In this document: in pieces, positions 47,759 through 57,786 of the stretch | How positions within the stretch are numbered: position 1 is the first letter of the stretch | How the letters are laid out: each line of letters opens with the position of its first letter | Source: Promethearchaeota archaeon | GTDB taxonomy: Archaea > Asgardarchaeota > Lokiarchaeia > Sigyniarchaeales > SOKP01 | Direction: 5' to 3' | Length of the DNA stretch: 64,000 bases | Assembly: GCA_048938025.1 (NCBI GenBank) | Contig: JBHLMP010000005.1 | Location: forward strand, 1-64,000 | Notes under the pieces: model-generated | The model's input: only the letters and a program-made list of their open reading frames with translations | Told to the model about the DNA's origin: nothing | Database searches by the model: none | Position numbers and translations under genes: made by a program

Positions 47759-49279
47759 TCATTTGAGAAAGTTTTCCCCATCCTTTAAAAGTAAAGTTTT
47801 ATCAAAATTTTCCGCAAACCACTCTGGATTATCCGTGTGTACTGGAATAATAACATCAGGATCAATTGTCTCAATTGCCCATCTAATGTCATTTTGTGAT
47901 GCATGTCCAGAAGCGTGAAATCCTCTACTGAATTCAGGTTTTAATCGACCTTCTTCTTTAATAATCTCAAACCCGAATATTTTAAATCCAAAGTGCTCAA
48001 GCCATTTACCTAATCTTATAAAATCAAATTCAGATTCTTCCTCAAATGCTTCACTTGAAGAATAGATATAAGTACCATTTGTTGGTTTTATGTCCAATAA
48101 GTTTTTTAAATCATAAAGAGAGAAACATAATATATATCTATTAGGCTCTTTCGCAACATTTATTGGGTTTATGTAATTAATATCTTCCTTATTTTTAAGA
48201 TATTTTTCCTCCCAATTCTGAGATTTTACTTTTAATGTATTAAAAATTAAGACATCTTTTAACCTTTTTATCCCATCAACCATCTCAAGAGCTTTTAGTA
48301 AGAAAGCATTCTTTGCGGTTATTACTAATTTTTTTTCTACTTTATTTGCTATCTCTCGAAAAGTTTCTAATCGTTCGAAATTCCTAGCAGAAAAATCTGC
48401 AACGATGAGATCTTTTGAATTTTCAACAACATCTAGGCAATTATTAAAAACTATATTTTCAGATTCATTAATATCTTCTCTCGTTGCTCTTGTTCCTTCA
48501 ATAATTAAAATTGAAGCATCCTTTGCGCTTTTAATGAAATTCTTGCTTTTATCACCCATTTTACCATGTAAGCGAAAATCACCAGTATAAGCAATAGAAT
48601 TATCCCCACTGACTATGAACCCTGTTGCCCCATAAATAGAATGATCCACCTCAAAAGCTTTAATTTCGAATGTAGTAGAGAGTTCATCTAAATAATATAG
48701 CTCTCCTCTTTCAAAATCTTTTCCTTTTTTAATACAAGTAGATAAGAACTTTTCCATAGAATCCAAATAATTATAAGTACTGTAAAATGTTCTACATTTT
48801 CCTGGTTTACTACCTGATTTTAAAATTCTATCATCATCTGCTGGAACTCTTTCAAAAAAATAAGTAACTTCATTATTCAGACTAGCTTTTGAGCTATCTA
48901 ATATACCCTTAAGTAATACTATAGTTGTAGGTGACGCAACAATGGGAATATTAGGATCAAGCAAAGAAATATTGCCAAAATGATCCATATGTGCATGGCT
49001 GAGTAAAACCGCATCAATTTTTAGTGAAGGATATAATGATACATTAAGATCAGAAGGAATGAGATCTTTTCGATAAATATTTAGCTTAGGAATAAGATCC
49101 AAATGGACAAGATCATGAATCCCGCGTGTAGGACGTTCTTTGAGAAATTCTTGAAAATATTCGCCATATTTCTTAAAATTCATACCGAAATCAAGAAATA
49201 AACCATTATCTCTTTCCTGCACATAAATCTTTGTCCCTCCAATTGTTTCTGACCCATCAAATACAGTTATTGATGTCAT
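47759..49279 (-). CDS. beta-CASP / RNase J-like metallo-beta-lactamase fold nuclease
   Basis: IGGTKI, LDFG, SHAHMDH, VDHS, YTGDFRLHG, IIEGT, HASGH, IPVHT. Confidence 0.8.
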   Translation of the reverse strand: MTSITVFDGSETIGGTKIYVQERDNGLFLDFGMNFKKYGEYFQEFLKERPTRGIHDLVHLDLIPKLNIYRKDLIPSDLNVSLYPSLKIDAVLLSHAHMDHFGNISLLDPNIPIVASPTTIVLLKGILDSSKASLNNEVTYFFERVPADDDRILKSGSKPGKCRTFYSTYNYLDSMEKFLSTCIKKGKDFERGELYYLDELSTTFEIKAFEVDHSIYGATGFIVSGDNSIAYTGDFRLHGKMGDKSKNFIKSAKDASILIIEGTRATREDINESENIVFNNCLDVVENSKDLIVADFSARNFERLETFREIANKVEKKLVITAKNAFLLKALEMVDGIKRLKDVLIFNTLKVKSQNWEEKYLKNKEDINYINPINVAKEPNRYILCFSLYDLKNLLDIKPTNGTYIYSSSEAFEEESEFDFIRLGKWLEHFGFKIFGFEIIKEEGRLKPEFSRGFHASGHASQNDIRWAIETIDPDVIIPVHTDNPEWFAENFDKTLLLKDGENFLK

Positions 49280-49380
49280 TTTTATAAAATCTTATAATCT
49301 TTAATTAAAAAATAAAATTAAAGAAATAAAAATTAAACCCTAAATTATTATTAATTTACAAATCTTATGGATGGGTAATT

Positions 49381-50184
49381 TTACTCTAAACCTTTAATTT
49401 CTTTCGGAGTTCGTGGTGGAGAGCGAACAAACTTAACGGCAGGATATCCTATTATGAAAGCCCCGATTCTTTTTCCATCAATATTAGCTAACTTTTTAAT
49501 TTCAGAATTAGAATTCATTGCAATTTGAGACCAACCATTCCAGCACGTACCTAGGCCAAGTGCTTGAGCAGCTAATCTTCCATATGTAATAATAATTCCT
49601 ATATTATTTGCCTCTACTTCATGATCATTGGGAGAATCTATGAAAATTACATGGGGAGCATCAAAAAATATAGGACTGCGAAATGCTTTTCCAAGAATTC
49701 GAAGAATTCGTGCGTCTCTTTCCTTTGTTAAAGGATGATTAGATAATTCTTCTTGAATAGCATCAGAAAGCTTTTTTATTAGTTCACTATCTGATATAAT
49801 CGAAAAGTTCTCTGTTCTTCTATTATCTCCAGTAGGAGCATTTTCCATTGCTTGAAAAACTTTCTTCAGTATTTCAAGTGGAACCTTTTTCTTTTTATAA
49901 AGCCGAACTGATCTATTCGCTCTAAGAAATTTATAAATAGTATCGTATGAAGCTATTGTTTCAGGTTTAGCAACACCTTCATATTCAAATGCTTCTCCCA
50001 TACCTTCGTGCTGAACAGCATCCTCAGGACATCTAGCAATGCAATGAGCGCATAAATTACATAAGTTATAAGGATCACTAAAGATAACTTTTTCTTGCTC
50101 CTTATCCCATCTAAACATATAGCATGTAGTTAAGCAGATTCTACAATTACTACATTTCTCATAATCTATTCCTAATATTGACAT
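49381..50184 (-). CDS. nitroreductase family protein with N-terminal 4Fe-4S ferredoxin domain
   Basis: CSNCRIC...C, CNLCAHCIARCP, RSVRLY, APTG.N, GLGTCW. Confidence 0.88.
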   Translation of the reverse strand: MSILGIDYEKCSNCRICLTTCYMFRWDKEQEKVIFSDPYNLCNLCAHCIARCPEDAVQHEGMGEAFEYEGVAKPETIASYDTIYKFLRANRSVRLYKKKKVPLEILKKVFQAMENAPTGDNRRTENFSIISDSELIKKLSDAIQEELSNHPLTKERDARILRILGKAFRSPIFFDAPHVIFIDSPNDHEVEANNIGIIITYGRLAAQALGLGTCWNGWSQIAMNSNSEIKKLANIDGKRIGAFIIGYPAVKFVRSPPRTPKEIKGLE

Positions 50185-50328
50185 AATTATTGAATTTTAA
50201 TTTTAAAATATAAAAATGAAAATCATACTTTAAATTAGTATTTTTACATCAAATAAATATTTTAATGAACCTGCTTATGACATGTGTTGTTGGTAATTAT
50301 ATTAGTCTAAAATTCTGAAAATTTCCTT

Positions 50329-50368
50329 TTTGATATATTCCTATTTGATATATTCTTATTTGATATAC
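50329..50368. repeat. 15-bp tandem direct repeat TTTGATATATTCYTA (~2.7 copies)
   Basis: tttgatatattccta tttgatatattctta tttgatatac in a divergent intergenic region. Confidence 0.75.
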
Positions 50369-50473
50369 TAAAATAAGCCTTATTGAATATTTATTAATTT
50401 TTTTAGCTAATTTTAATAAGATTAATAAATTAGCAAGAATAGTTAAATACTTAATAGAGGAAAAGGTGTTTCC

Positions 50474-51745
50474 ATGGAAAAAGAACAAGTTTTTTTGAAA
50501 CTATTTGGAAGGAACCTCATAAGCTTCAAAATGCTCGACGATGGCGAGATTATTGGTACGGGCATTTTAAATCCTCTCATTAAAAAATTGCGTTTGCTTG
50601 TAATGCTTATTTTACAAGCAGGATTTTACAAGAACTATAATCTTGGAAGATGGAAAGGAAAAATAGTTCCAAATACCTTTGCACCTCCTGTTGGAAGTCG
50701 TCCGCAATTTCGTGCACTTAGAGGGCTTATAAAATCTCATTTATTACCATGGCGCGTTCCGATTGCAATGACATTCGCAGTAACTTATAGATGCCAGTGT
50801 AAGTGCGTTCATTGTAGTGCAGGAAAGAATTTAAGAAAAGATATACCAGAACTCACGACAGAAGAAGCAAAAAAACTCATTGATGATAGTCAAAAACTTG
50901 GTATAGCAATTTTGGCCTTCACGGGAGGAGAGCCTTTGTTAAGGGAGGACATTTTCGAACTTATTTCATATGTAGACAAGCGAAAGACTATGCCTATCAT
51001 GTTTACAAATGGACAATTTCTCACAGATGAAAATGTGGAAAAATTGGTAGATGCAGGGCTTTATTCAATATTTGTAAGTATTGATAGCCCCCTTCCTGAA
51101 GAACATGATAGTGTGAGAGGTGTGCCAGGAATTTTTGAAGCTGCTATAAAGGGACTAAAGAAATTGAAAGAAAGAGGAGTGTTTGTAGGTCTCTCTTCTT
51201 ATGCTATTCGTTCTAATACAGAACAAGGAATGTACAAAAAACTGCATGAACTTGGTCAGAAACTTGGTGTTCATAATATAATCCTTTTTGATGGTGTCCC
51301 CACAGGAAATATGTTGCATAATACAGACGAGTTGCTGACTTGGAAGCTGCGTGATGAAATTTTTGAATTTTCCGCTAATATATTCAGAAATAAGATAGTA
51401 CCTCCCTTGTCATCTCAATCATGGCAAAACTCTATAGAGGCAAATCTCGCAGGTATTGGGTGTTTAGCAGCAAATATCCAGTACTATGCCTCCGCTTATG
51501 GAGATATAGCACCATGTGATTTTACCCCAATATCATTTGGAAACATCCGTAAAGAGTCCCTAAAAAAGATCTGGATCAGAATGACGAAACATCCTGCCTA
51601 TAATCATCGAAGCACATTTTGCAGGATGCAGCATCATAAATTCCGTCATTTTTATATCGATCCGATTCCTGATGATGCAACACTTCCATACTCGATAGCA
51701 AAACTTCCAAATGTAGACTATCGAAAAGTTGAAATTTCTAAGTAG
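50474..51745 (+). CDS. radical SAM protein with SPASM/Twitch-type C-terminus
   Basis: CQCKCVHC, FTGGEPLL, FTNG, VSID, GCLA...YGDIAPC...GNI. Confidence 0.9.
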   Translation: MEKEQVFLKLFGRNLISFKMLDDGEIIGTGILNPLIKKLRLLVMLILQAGFYKNYNLGRWKGKIVPNTFAPPVGSRPQFRALRGLIKSHLLPWRVPIAMTFAVTYRCQCKCVHCSAGKNLRKDIPELTTEEAKKLIDDSQKLGIAILAFTGGEPLLREDIFELISYVDKRKTMPIMFTNGQFLTDENVEKLVDAGLYSIFVSIDSPLPEEHDSVRGVPGIFEAAIKGLKKLKERGVFVGLSSYAIRSNTEQGMYKKLHELGQKLGVHNIILFDGVPTGNMLHNTDELLTWKLRDEIFEFSANIFRNKIVPPLSSQSWQNSIEANLAGIGCLAANIQYYASAYGDIAPCDFTPISFGNIRKESLKKIWIRMTKHPAYNHRSTFCRMQHHKFRHFYIDPIPDDATLPYSIAKLPNVDYRKVEISK

Positions 51746-51769
51746 AACTTTCAAAACCTATAACACTTT

Positions 51770-52414
51770 TCAACTTTCCTGGTGTTCTTCTAATACCCAT
51801 TTAACAGCTCTTTTTATTACTATTTGCAATATTTCTTCTTCTAATGATTTTGATTTATGTCCTAATGCACAGAAGAAAATTCTTCCTTTTCCATAAGTTT
51901 TAGTCCACATTATAGGGTTAGATTTAGGATCAACCTCATCATGATAATCAGCTTCAGCTAAAATATGAATATTTTCACCCATTGATAAATCATGCTGATA
52001 TTGCTCTTCTTTAATTATAAAATCTTCTAAACCTTGAGTTATTGGATGACTTTTATCAACGATTTTAACATGATAATCTTTAACTTTTTTATGACCAATA
52101 AATCGCCCCCCAAGCATTTCATAATATTTCGGATGAGCTTTAAAAGAAGCAGATGCTCCATGGATTCCTACGAATCCTTTTCCACTCGCAACAAAATCTA
52201 ATACATTTTTCTCTTGTACGTCAGTAATTTCATCAAACTGAGTAAAAAAAATAGTTGTATCATATTCAAAAAAGTCTCTATCACTAAATATTTTGGTATC
52301 TTCATATTTATCAACAATATAATCGCTTAAGATATTTCTAAAAGAAGCATTAATCTTATCTCTAAATAAATATCTACCTCTTTGTAACAGCAAAATTCTC
52401 TTTATGATTTTCAT
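51770..52414 (-). CDS. ThuA-like (class I GAT-fold) protein
   Basis: FVASGKGFVGIH, LGG.F..H, HPIT.GL, W...YGKGRIF..ALGH. Confidence 0.85.
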   Translation of the reverse strand: MKIIKRILLLQRGRYLFRDKINASFRNILSDYIVDKYEDTKIFSDRDFFEYDTTIFFTQFDEITDVQEKNVLDFVASGKGFVGIHGASASFKAHPKYYEMLGGRFIGHKKVKDYHVKIVDKSHPITQGLEDFIIKEEQYQHDLSMGENIHILAEADYHDEVDPKSNPIMWTKTYGKGRIFFCALGHKSKSLEEEILQIVIKRAVKWVLEEHQES

Positions 52415-52499
52415 AAATCATCATAAGAAAAAATGAAAAGTTCTTTATTAAGGGTTCTCTCTTATTACTGGGAAATTAGCAACTTTAATTTTGATTAAT

Positions 52500-53423
52500 A
52501 TGTCTGTTAAAAAAGGTGATGATTCTCTTTATCATATCGATTTAGAACAACCAAGAGCAGGTTTTAGGAATTTCATAAGTACATGGGTTTATAAAGATAA
52601 AAATTTATGTTTCATAGTGGATCCAGGCCCAACATCAACAATAAATTTTTTAAAGGAGAAGTTAGAATCTATTGGGATTAATAATAAGAATCTGAATTAC
52701 ATTCTTTTAACTCATGTTCACATTGACCATGCAGGAGGAACGGGAAAACTCCTCTCATTTTTCCCAAGAACTCAGATTATATGCCATCCACGAGGTATGA
52801 GACATCTTATTAACCCCAAGAATTTATGGAATGCTAGTAAGAAAGTGCTAGGTGAAGTAGCAGATATGTATGGTGAAATTATACCAGTACCAGAAAATAA
52901 AATAAAATTTCAGGAAGAAATCGGGAGACAAGAAATTAAAGCAATAGAAACAATAGGACATGCATCACATCATCTTTCTTATATGTTCAAAAAATATCTC
53001 TTTATAGGAGATGCGGCGGGCGTTCATTTTCCAATAAAAAATAATTTCTACATTAGACCAGCAACTCCACCCATCTTTAATTATGATAGTGCTATAACCT
53101 CAATTGACAAACTTCTTTCATTAAATTTAAAAGATTTTAAGATTTGTTATGCTCATTACGGAATTAGAAATAATGCGGAGAAAATGCTTAAAATAGCGAA
53201 AGAACAATTAACAATATGGAAGCAAGTTATAGAGAGTACATTAAGTGAATGCAGACAATTGGATTTTGAAGATCATGTAATTAAAGAATTAATGAAAAAA
53301 GATGTTTATTTTAGTAATGTAATCCTATTTGATGAAGAAATTAAGAATAGAGAAAAAAAATTTATATCAAATAGTATAAAAGGATTCAAGGAATATATTC
53401 AAAAATCTCTTAAAGAGGAATAA
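52500..53423 (+). CDS. metallo-beta-lactamase fold hydrolase
   Basis: VDPG, THVHIDHAGG, GHASHH, GDAAG, AHYG. Confidence 0.88.
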   Translation: MSVKKGDDSLYHIDLEQPRAGFRNFISTWVYKDKNLCFIVDPGPTSTINFLKEKLESIGINNKNLNYILLTHVHIDHAGGTGKLLSFFPRTQIICHPRGMRHLINPKNLWNASKKVLGEVADMYGEIIPVPENKIKFQEEIGRQEIKAIETIGHASHHLSYMFKKYLFIGDAAGVHFPIKNNFYIRPATPPIFNYDSAITSIDKLLSLNLKDFKICYAHYGIRNNAEKMLKIAKEQLTIWKQVIESTLSECRQLDFEDHVIKELMKKDVYFSNVILFDEEIKNREKKFISNSIKGFKEYIQKSLKEE

Positions 53424-53493
53424 TTTTATTTTTTATGGTTTTTCACAAAAATATAAGATTTAAATATTAAAAAATTAAAAAGAAATAACTATT

Positions 53494-54243
53494 TTATACA
53501 TATTGAACTTCTGTTCTTAAGTTTACTAATTTATCAGGAAAGTTTGTGAAGATTCCATCAACTGTATATCCCTTATAACTCAAATTAATGTATTTCTTCA
53601 TGAAATATTTAAAAAGCACAGCCCAAAGATAAAATTTAAAACCTGCTTTTTTAACTTGTTTAAAAACCTCAAGATTAAATCGATGGTGACTTAAATTTAC
53701 AATCTGAACATTTAATCCTTTCAGCTGTTTTAATACAGCATAATTGTTTTCCATTATTTGTTTTTCAGAATAGAAAGAGTTTACTAGAGTTACATCTTTG
53801 CTTTTCTCCCGTAAGGGTCTAAAAAAGGCATCAATTGAGCCTCTATCAGTTGCGGGCTTAGTAATCTCAATTCTTTCAAGTAGACCATATTCTTCTGCTA
53901 ATTCTATTATTTTTATCCCTGTTTCAACCTCTTTTATGTCAAAGGAATAAATTATTCTATTTTTAAATTCTTCAAACATTTCACGAAGGGTAGGAATCTC
54001 ATCACCATTCTCCAGCTTAACTTGTTTAATCTCTTTAAGGGTTAAATCTTTAATCGAAATTTTATTGTTATTGATTATTAGAAATGGTAAGAATTGAAGG
54101 ATTATTTCTCCATCTTTTGATAAATGAGCTTCTGTTTTAATACCATCAACTCCCATTTCAACAGCTTTTCTGAACGATGTTAATGTATTTTCAACTTCTC
54201 TTAATCCTGCACCCCTATGACCCCAAATTATTATATTTCTCAT
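53494..54243 (-). CDS. glycerophosphodiester phosphodiesterase family
   Basis: GHRGA, ENT..SF..A, SKDG, IPTL.E, DIK, DGIFTNFP. Confidence 0.85.
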   Translation of the reverse strand: MRNIIIWGHRGAGLREVENTLTSFRKAVEMGVDGIKTEAHLSKDGEIILQFLPFLIINNNKISIKDLTLKEIKQVKLENGDEIPTLREMFEEFKNRIIYSFDIKEVETGIKIIELAEEYGLLERIEITKPATDRGSIDAFFRPLREKSKDVTLVNSFYSEKQIMENNYAVLKQLKGLNVQIVNLSHHRFNLEVFKQVKKAGFKFYLWAVLFKYFMKKYINLSYKGYTVDGIFTNFPDKLVNLRTEVQYV

Positions 54244-54395
54244 TTGTATCACTTAGATTATTAGCTAATTAAATTGATATTAAGGAGGTATTTAAATAAA
54301 TCGTTAAGATCTCAAAAAAGAACATTTCAAATGGGTTATACTTAATTTGGTTTTAAAGATAAAAATTTATAATCAATAAAAAATGTGATTTGGGA

Positions 54396-55214
54396 TCATG
54401 TAGAATTTATGATTTTTAGGAATTCCTCACGAAGATTTCCGTCTTCATCAAAAAACTTATATTTTCGTTTTCCAGCAGTCATAAATTTATACATAGCCTT
54501 ACTAAATTTAAGAAATCTAATATGTTTATTGGTTCCTTTAATATTTCTCATTCGAGGAACAAGGAACTTAACAACAGTTTCAGGGAGCTCCGCCAAAATA
54601 TTAAATATTTTTATTGCTTCAGGTGGAATATCTTGAACTAAAAGATCTGTAATAACCATACTGGGATTAATTGTATGAATACCAATCATAGTTCCCTCTA
54701 CTTCCTTGCTTAAGGTTTTCGTTAATTGAGGAATTGCTGCCTTTGTAGATCCATAAGCCAAAGCCATAAGAGTTACTCTCCCTTGTGAACCATATCCTTC
54801 TACATTGAATATTTTACCATGATTTTGAGGAAGCATTAGCTTAAGCGCTGCTTTACATCCATAAATAGTTCCTAATAAGTTAGTATCGACTATTTCTCTT
54901 AAAGCTTCGGGATCAAAATCTACCAAATATGCATTGATATAAGCATTAGTTCCCGCATTATTGACCCAAATATCAATTGTTTTAAAAAATTCTTGAGAAA
55001 ATTCTGCTAATTTTTTAACCTCTTGGTAATTTGTTACATCACATGAAATACCGTTGATCCTATTATTAGGAAATAACTCCTTTAATTTTTGTATTGCATT
55101 TCTGACTCTTTCCTCATTGCGGGAAGAAATGATTACATTATCACCCAGTTTTAAAAACTCTTTTGCTAAAGCAAATCCTATACCTTTCGTGCTTCCTGTT
55201 ATAACAATATTCAA
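54396..55214 (-). CDS. SDR resembling chlorophyll(ide) b reductase NOL/NYC1-like family
   Basis: ITGSTKGIG.ALA.EFL..GDNV, IDIWVNNAG.NAY, IFN..G.GS.GR, YGSTK, P.MV.TDLL, NILAE..ETV...LVP. Confidence 0.75.
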   Translation of the reverse strand: MNIVITGSTKGIGFALAKEFLKLGDNVIISSRNEERVRNAIQKLKELFPNNRINGISCDVTNYQEVKKLAEFSQEFFKTIDIWVNNAGTNAYINAYLVDFDPEALREIVDTNLLGTIYGCKAALKLMLPQNHGKIFNVEGYGSQGRVTLMALAYGSTKAAIPQLTKTLSKEVEGTMIGIHTINPSMVITDLLVQDIPPEAIKIFNILAELPETVVKFLVPRMRNIKGTNKHIRFLKFSKAMYKFMTAGKRKYKFFDEDGNLREEFLKIINST

Positions 55215-55341
55215 CTTAATTCTCCTGCTTTTATAATATAATATAATTTTATTGAAACATCATAATTAACAATTAGCCTTATAAATTCTAATATAATCTT
55301 TATAACTATGTATTTTTAATTAAAAAAAGTGATATGATTAA

Positions 55342-56223
55342 ATGACTGCTAATAGAACACCAGGAAAAGTTAATAAGGATACAACATTAATCGACGCTGA
55401 GATGATGGGAATTCCAGGAATAATGTCTATATATTTTATAGAAGCAGGAAAAACATGTTTAATTGATTCAGGAACTCATATTGAAGCACGTAAAACTCTC
55501 AGAAAGTTAAAGGAATTGAATATTTTCCCCCCTGATATAATTATTATTACCCATTCCCATTGGGATCATGTTCAAGCGATACCTTTTCTAAGCCAGAGAG
55601 CTAAGAAGTTAGGAAAAAAAATTGAAATATATGCATCTGAAGCAGCAATTCCCAACTTAAGGGATCAATCCTTTAACAACGTTTTTGAAACTGGTCCTTT
55701 CAATAATATCGAAGAAGATATTATAACTCTTAAAGAAGGTGATACTGTCGATTTAGATGGTTTAATATTGAAAATTTTTGAGACACCAGGTCATATGAAT
55801 GATGATATTTCCATTCTTGATGAAAAAAATAAAAATTTGTTCGTAGGAGACATACTTGGGATGAAAGTTGCAGATAATGTATTCATCCCTCCATTTATGC
55901 CCCCTAAATGCAATCCTGAGGTTTATTTTAAAGCAATCGATAAACTCAAAAAAATTGATTATGAGACCATAAGTTTACATCATTTTGGATACATTTATGA
56001 AGAGGAGGCTAGAAGTATTCTTGACGAATCTCTAGCAAATAATGAGCTTTATTGGAAAGCATATGAGGAGAATACAGATCATATGGATGATATTCCTTAT
56101 TTAATTGAAAATGTTATTGAAAAATTAATTCCTAAATCTGCAATTGAAGGATATCCTGAAATGTTAGTTACAGGAGTTACATATTGGCTTAGCCAAGGCT
56201 TTAAAATCTATAAAGGTTTATAA
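55342..56223 (+). CDS. metallo-beta-lactamase fold hydrolase
   Basis: IDSG, THSHWDH, TPGH, GD, HHFG. Confidence 0.85.
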   Translation: MTANRTPGKVNKDTTLIDAEMMGIPGIMSIYFIEAGKTCLIDSGTHIEARKTLRKLKELNIFPPDIIIITHSHWDHVQAIPFLSQRAKKLGKKIEIYASEAAIPNLRDQSFNNVFETGPFNNIEEDIITLKEGDTVDLDGLILKIFETPGHMNDDISILDEKNKNLFVGDILGMKVADNVFIPPFMPPKCNPEVYFKAIDKLKKIDYETISLHHFGYIYEEEARSILDESLANNELYWKAYEENTDHMDDIPYLIENVIEKLIPKSAIEGYPEMLVTGVTYWLSQGFKIYKGL

Positions 56224-56273
56224 AAAAATTTATTTTCTAATTTTTCTGATTTTCTCATCAATTTTAGATATAG

Positions 56274-56750
56274 TCACCAACAGCTAGGATCAAAATATTC
56301 CTTGTATTTTCTTGCCCAGCTACAAAGGGTATATTTTGAGTAATCCTCGGTAATTTCCTCTCCTGGTTGAATGTCTCTTTGAGCTATGGCACAAAATCCA
56401 TTCTTATCTTCAGAAGCACCAGAATTCGCATTTGTGGAATGATTTACAAATTTTGAATTATCCAAGCAAAAAATTAGCGCATCAAGCTCTCTCTCATAAT
56501 AGGAATAAGTGAGCAAAATTTTCATAAAATTATCTATTAAAGGTGATTTTAGGGAATTATCAAGATTGAGAAATTGATCTTTTGTTATAATTAACACATC
56601 TTGTGGACGGGCATGCCACCATTTCGTACCCTTTGGAATAAATCTCTTGGCATACAATCCCGTTCCATGAATCTTGCTTGGTCGTACTTCAGTATATTCT
56701 TCAATTGGATTAATTGTAGTGAAATTGTTAATCAAATCGGTATTTATCAT
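56274..56750 (-). CDS. SET domain protein (putative lysine methyltransferase)
   Basis: S.IHG.GLYA...I.KG, FVNHS..AN, A.RDI..GEEIT.DY. Confidence 0.88.
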   Translation of the reverse strand: MINTDLINNFTTINPIEEYTEVRPSKIHGTGLYAKRFIPKGTKWWHARPQDVLIITKDQFLNLDNSLKSPLIDNFMKILLTYSYYERELDALIFCLDNSKFVNHSTNANSGASEDKNGFCAIAQRDIQPGEEITEDYSKYTLCSWARKYKEYFDPSCW

Positions 56751-56885
56751 TAATTACATTCAAATTTAAATAATTATTTATATTTTGAGTTAATACCTAA
56801 TTTTTTCTAATTTAAATTTGTGTTTTTTTTTTTTTGAAAAGGGAGGAAAAATCTAATTGAATAAAAGATGAAATTTAACATTCCA

Positions 56886-57629
56886 TTATATTACTAATTC
56901 TAAATCATCTGAAGCAGCAATTGTATTTTGAAATACTATTTTTGCCTTTTCCTCGGCACTTTTTCTGTCTTGGATTTTAATGTAAGAACTCGCATCAAAA
57001 TGAGTTAAAATTAATTTCTTTACATTTGATTTTATAGCAACCTCAGCAGCTTCTTCAGGTTTAAGGTGTGGCCATCCCCACTCTTCCTGTCCTAACTTAT
57101 ATGAACATTCTGTTATAAATATATCTGCATATTTAGCAAGTTCATATAAATTGGGACATATCCCTGTATCAGTACAGTATGTAATAATTTTATTTTCAAC
57201 CTTTATTCTATATCCCAAACATAGATCTGCATGAACTAAAAGTTTACATGTTATTGGGAACCCGATATTATGCTCGCCTTCCATTAAATCATGAATTTGT
57301 ATAGCTAATGGTAAATCTGCCAATAGGGAGGTATATGGATGTTTAATTATATTTTTTATTCCATTTTTCGTGCCTTTATATCCATATATGATTATCTCTT
57401 GATTAAAATGGAATTTTGCGAATGAGTGAAACCCTATTATATGATCAAGATGAAGATGACTTAGTAATATGATTATTGGTTTTTCTTTATCAATATATTG
57501 ATCAATTTTATAAATTCCATCACCCGCATCTAAAATAATATAATAATTTTCAGTTTCAATGAGAGTAGAAATCGTATTCCCTGAATCCGTCGCATACCAC
57601 CCATTTGTACCTAAAAATACAATACGCAT
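56886..57629 (-). CDS. RNase Z-like metallo-beta-lactamase fold hydrolase
   Basis: FLGTNG, LDAG, SHLHLDH, GYR, TDT, ITEC, H, LTHF. Confidence 0.82.
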   Translation of the reverse strand: MRIVFLGTNGWYATDSGNTISTLIETENYYIILDAGDGIYKIDQYIDKEKPIIILLSHLHLDHIIGFHSFAKFHFNQEIIIYGYKGTKNGIKNIIKHPYTSLLADLPLAIQIHDLMEGEHNIGFPITCKLLVHADLCLGYRIKVENKIITYCTDTGICPNLYELAKYADIFITECSYKLGQEEWGWPHLKPEEAAEVAIKSNVKKLILTHFDASSYIKIQDRKSAEEKAKIVFQNTIAASDDLELVI

Positions 57630-57786
57630 ATTTTTTCTCAACCTCTTATCATAGAATTAACTTTAATATGAAAAATTTGTTTATAATAAAATATTAATTT
57701 CTAATGAAATTATGTTATAGTCTAAAATGAATTAAAACCAAATTAATTTTTTAAGAAAATCTGTAAAAAGATTTGATTATTAAGAG

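Noticed and set aside
50297-50488. 63-aa ORF with YQIxI repeats
   Set aside because: By-product of the 15-bp tandem repeat; overlaps the radical SAM start on the opposite strand
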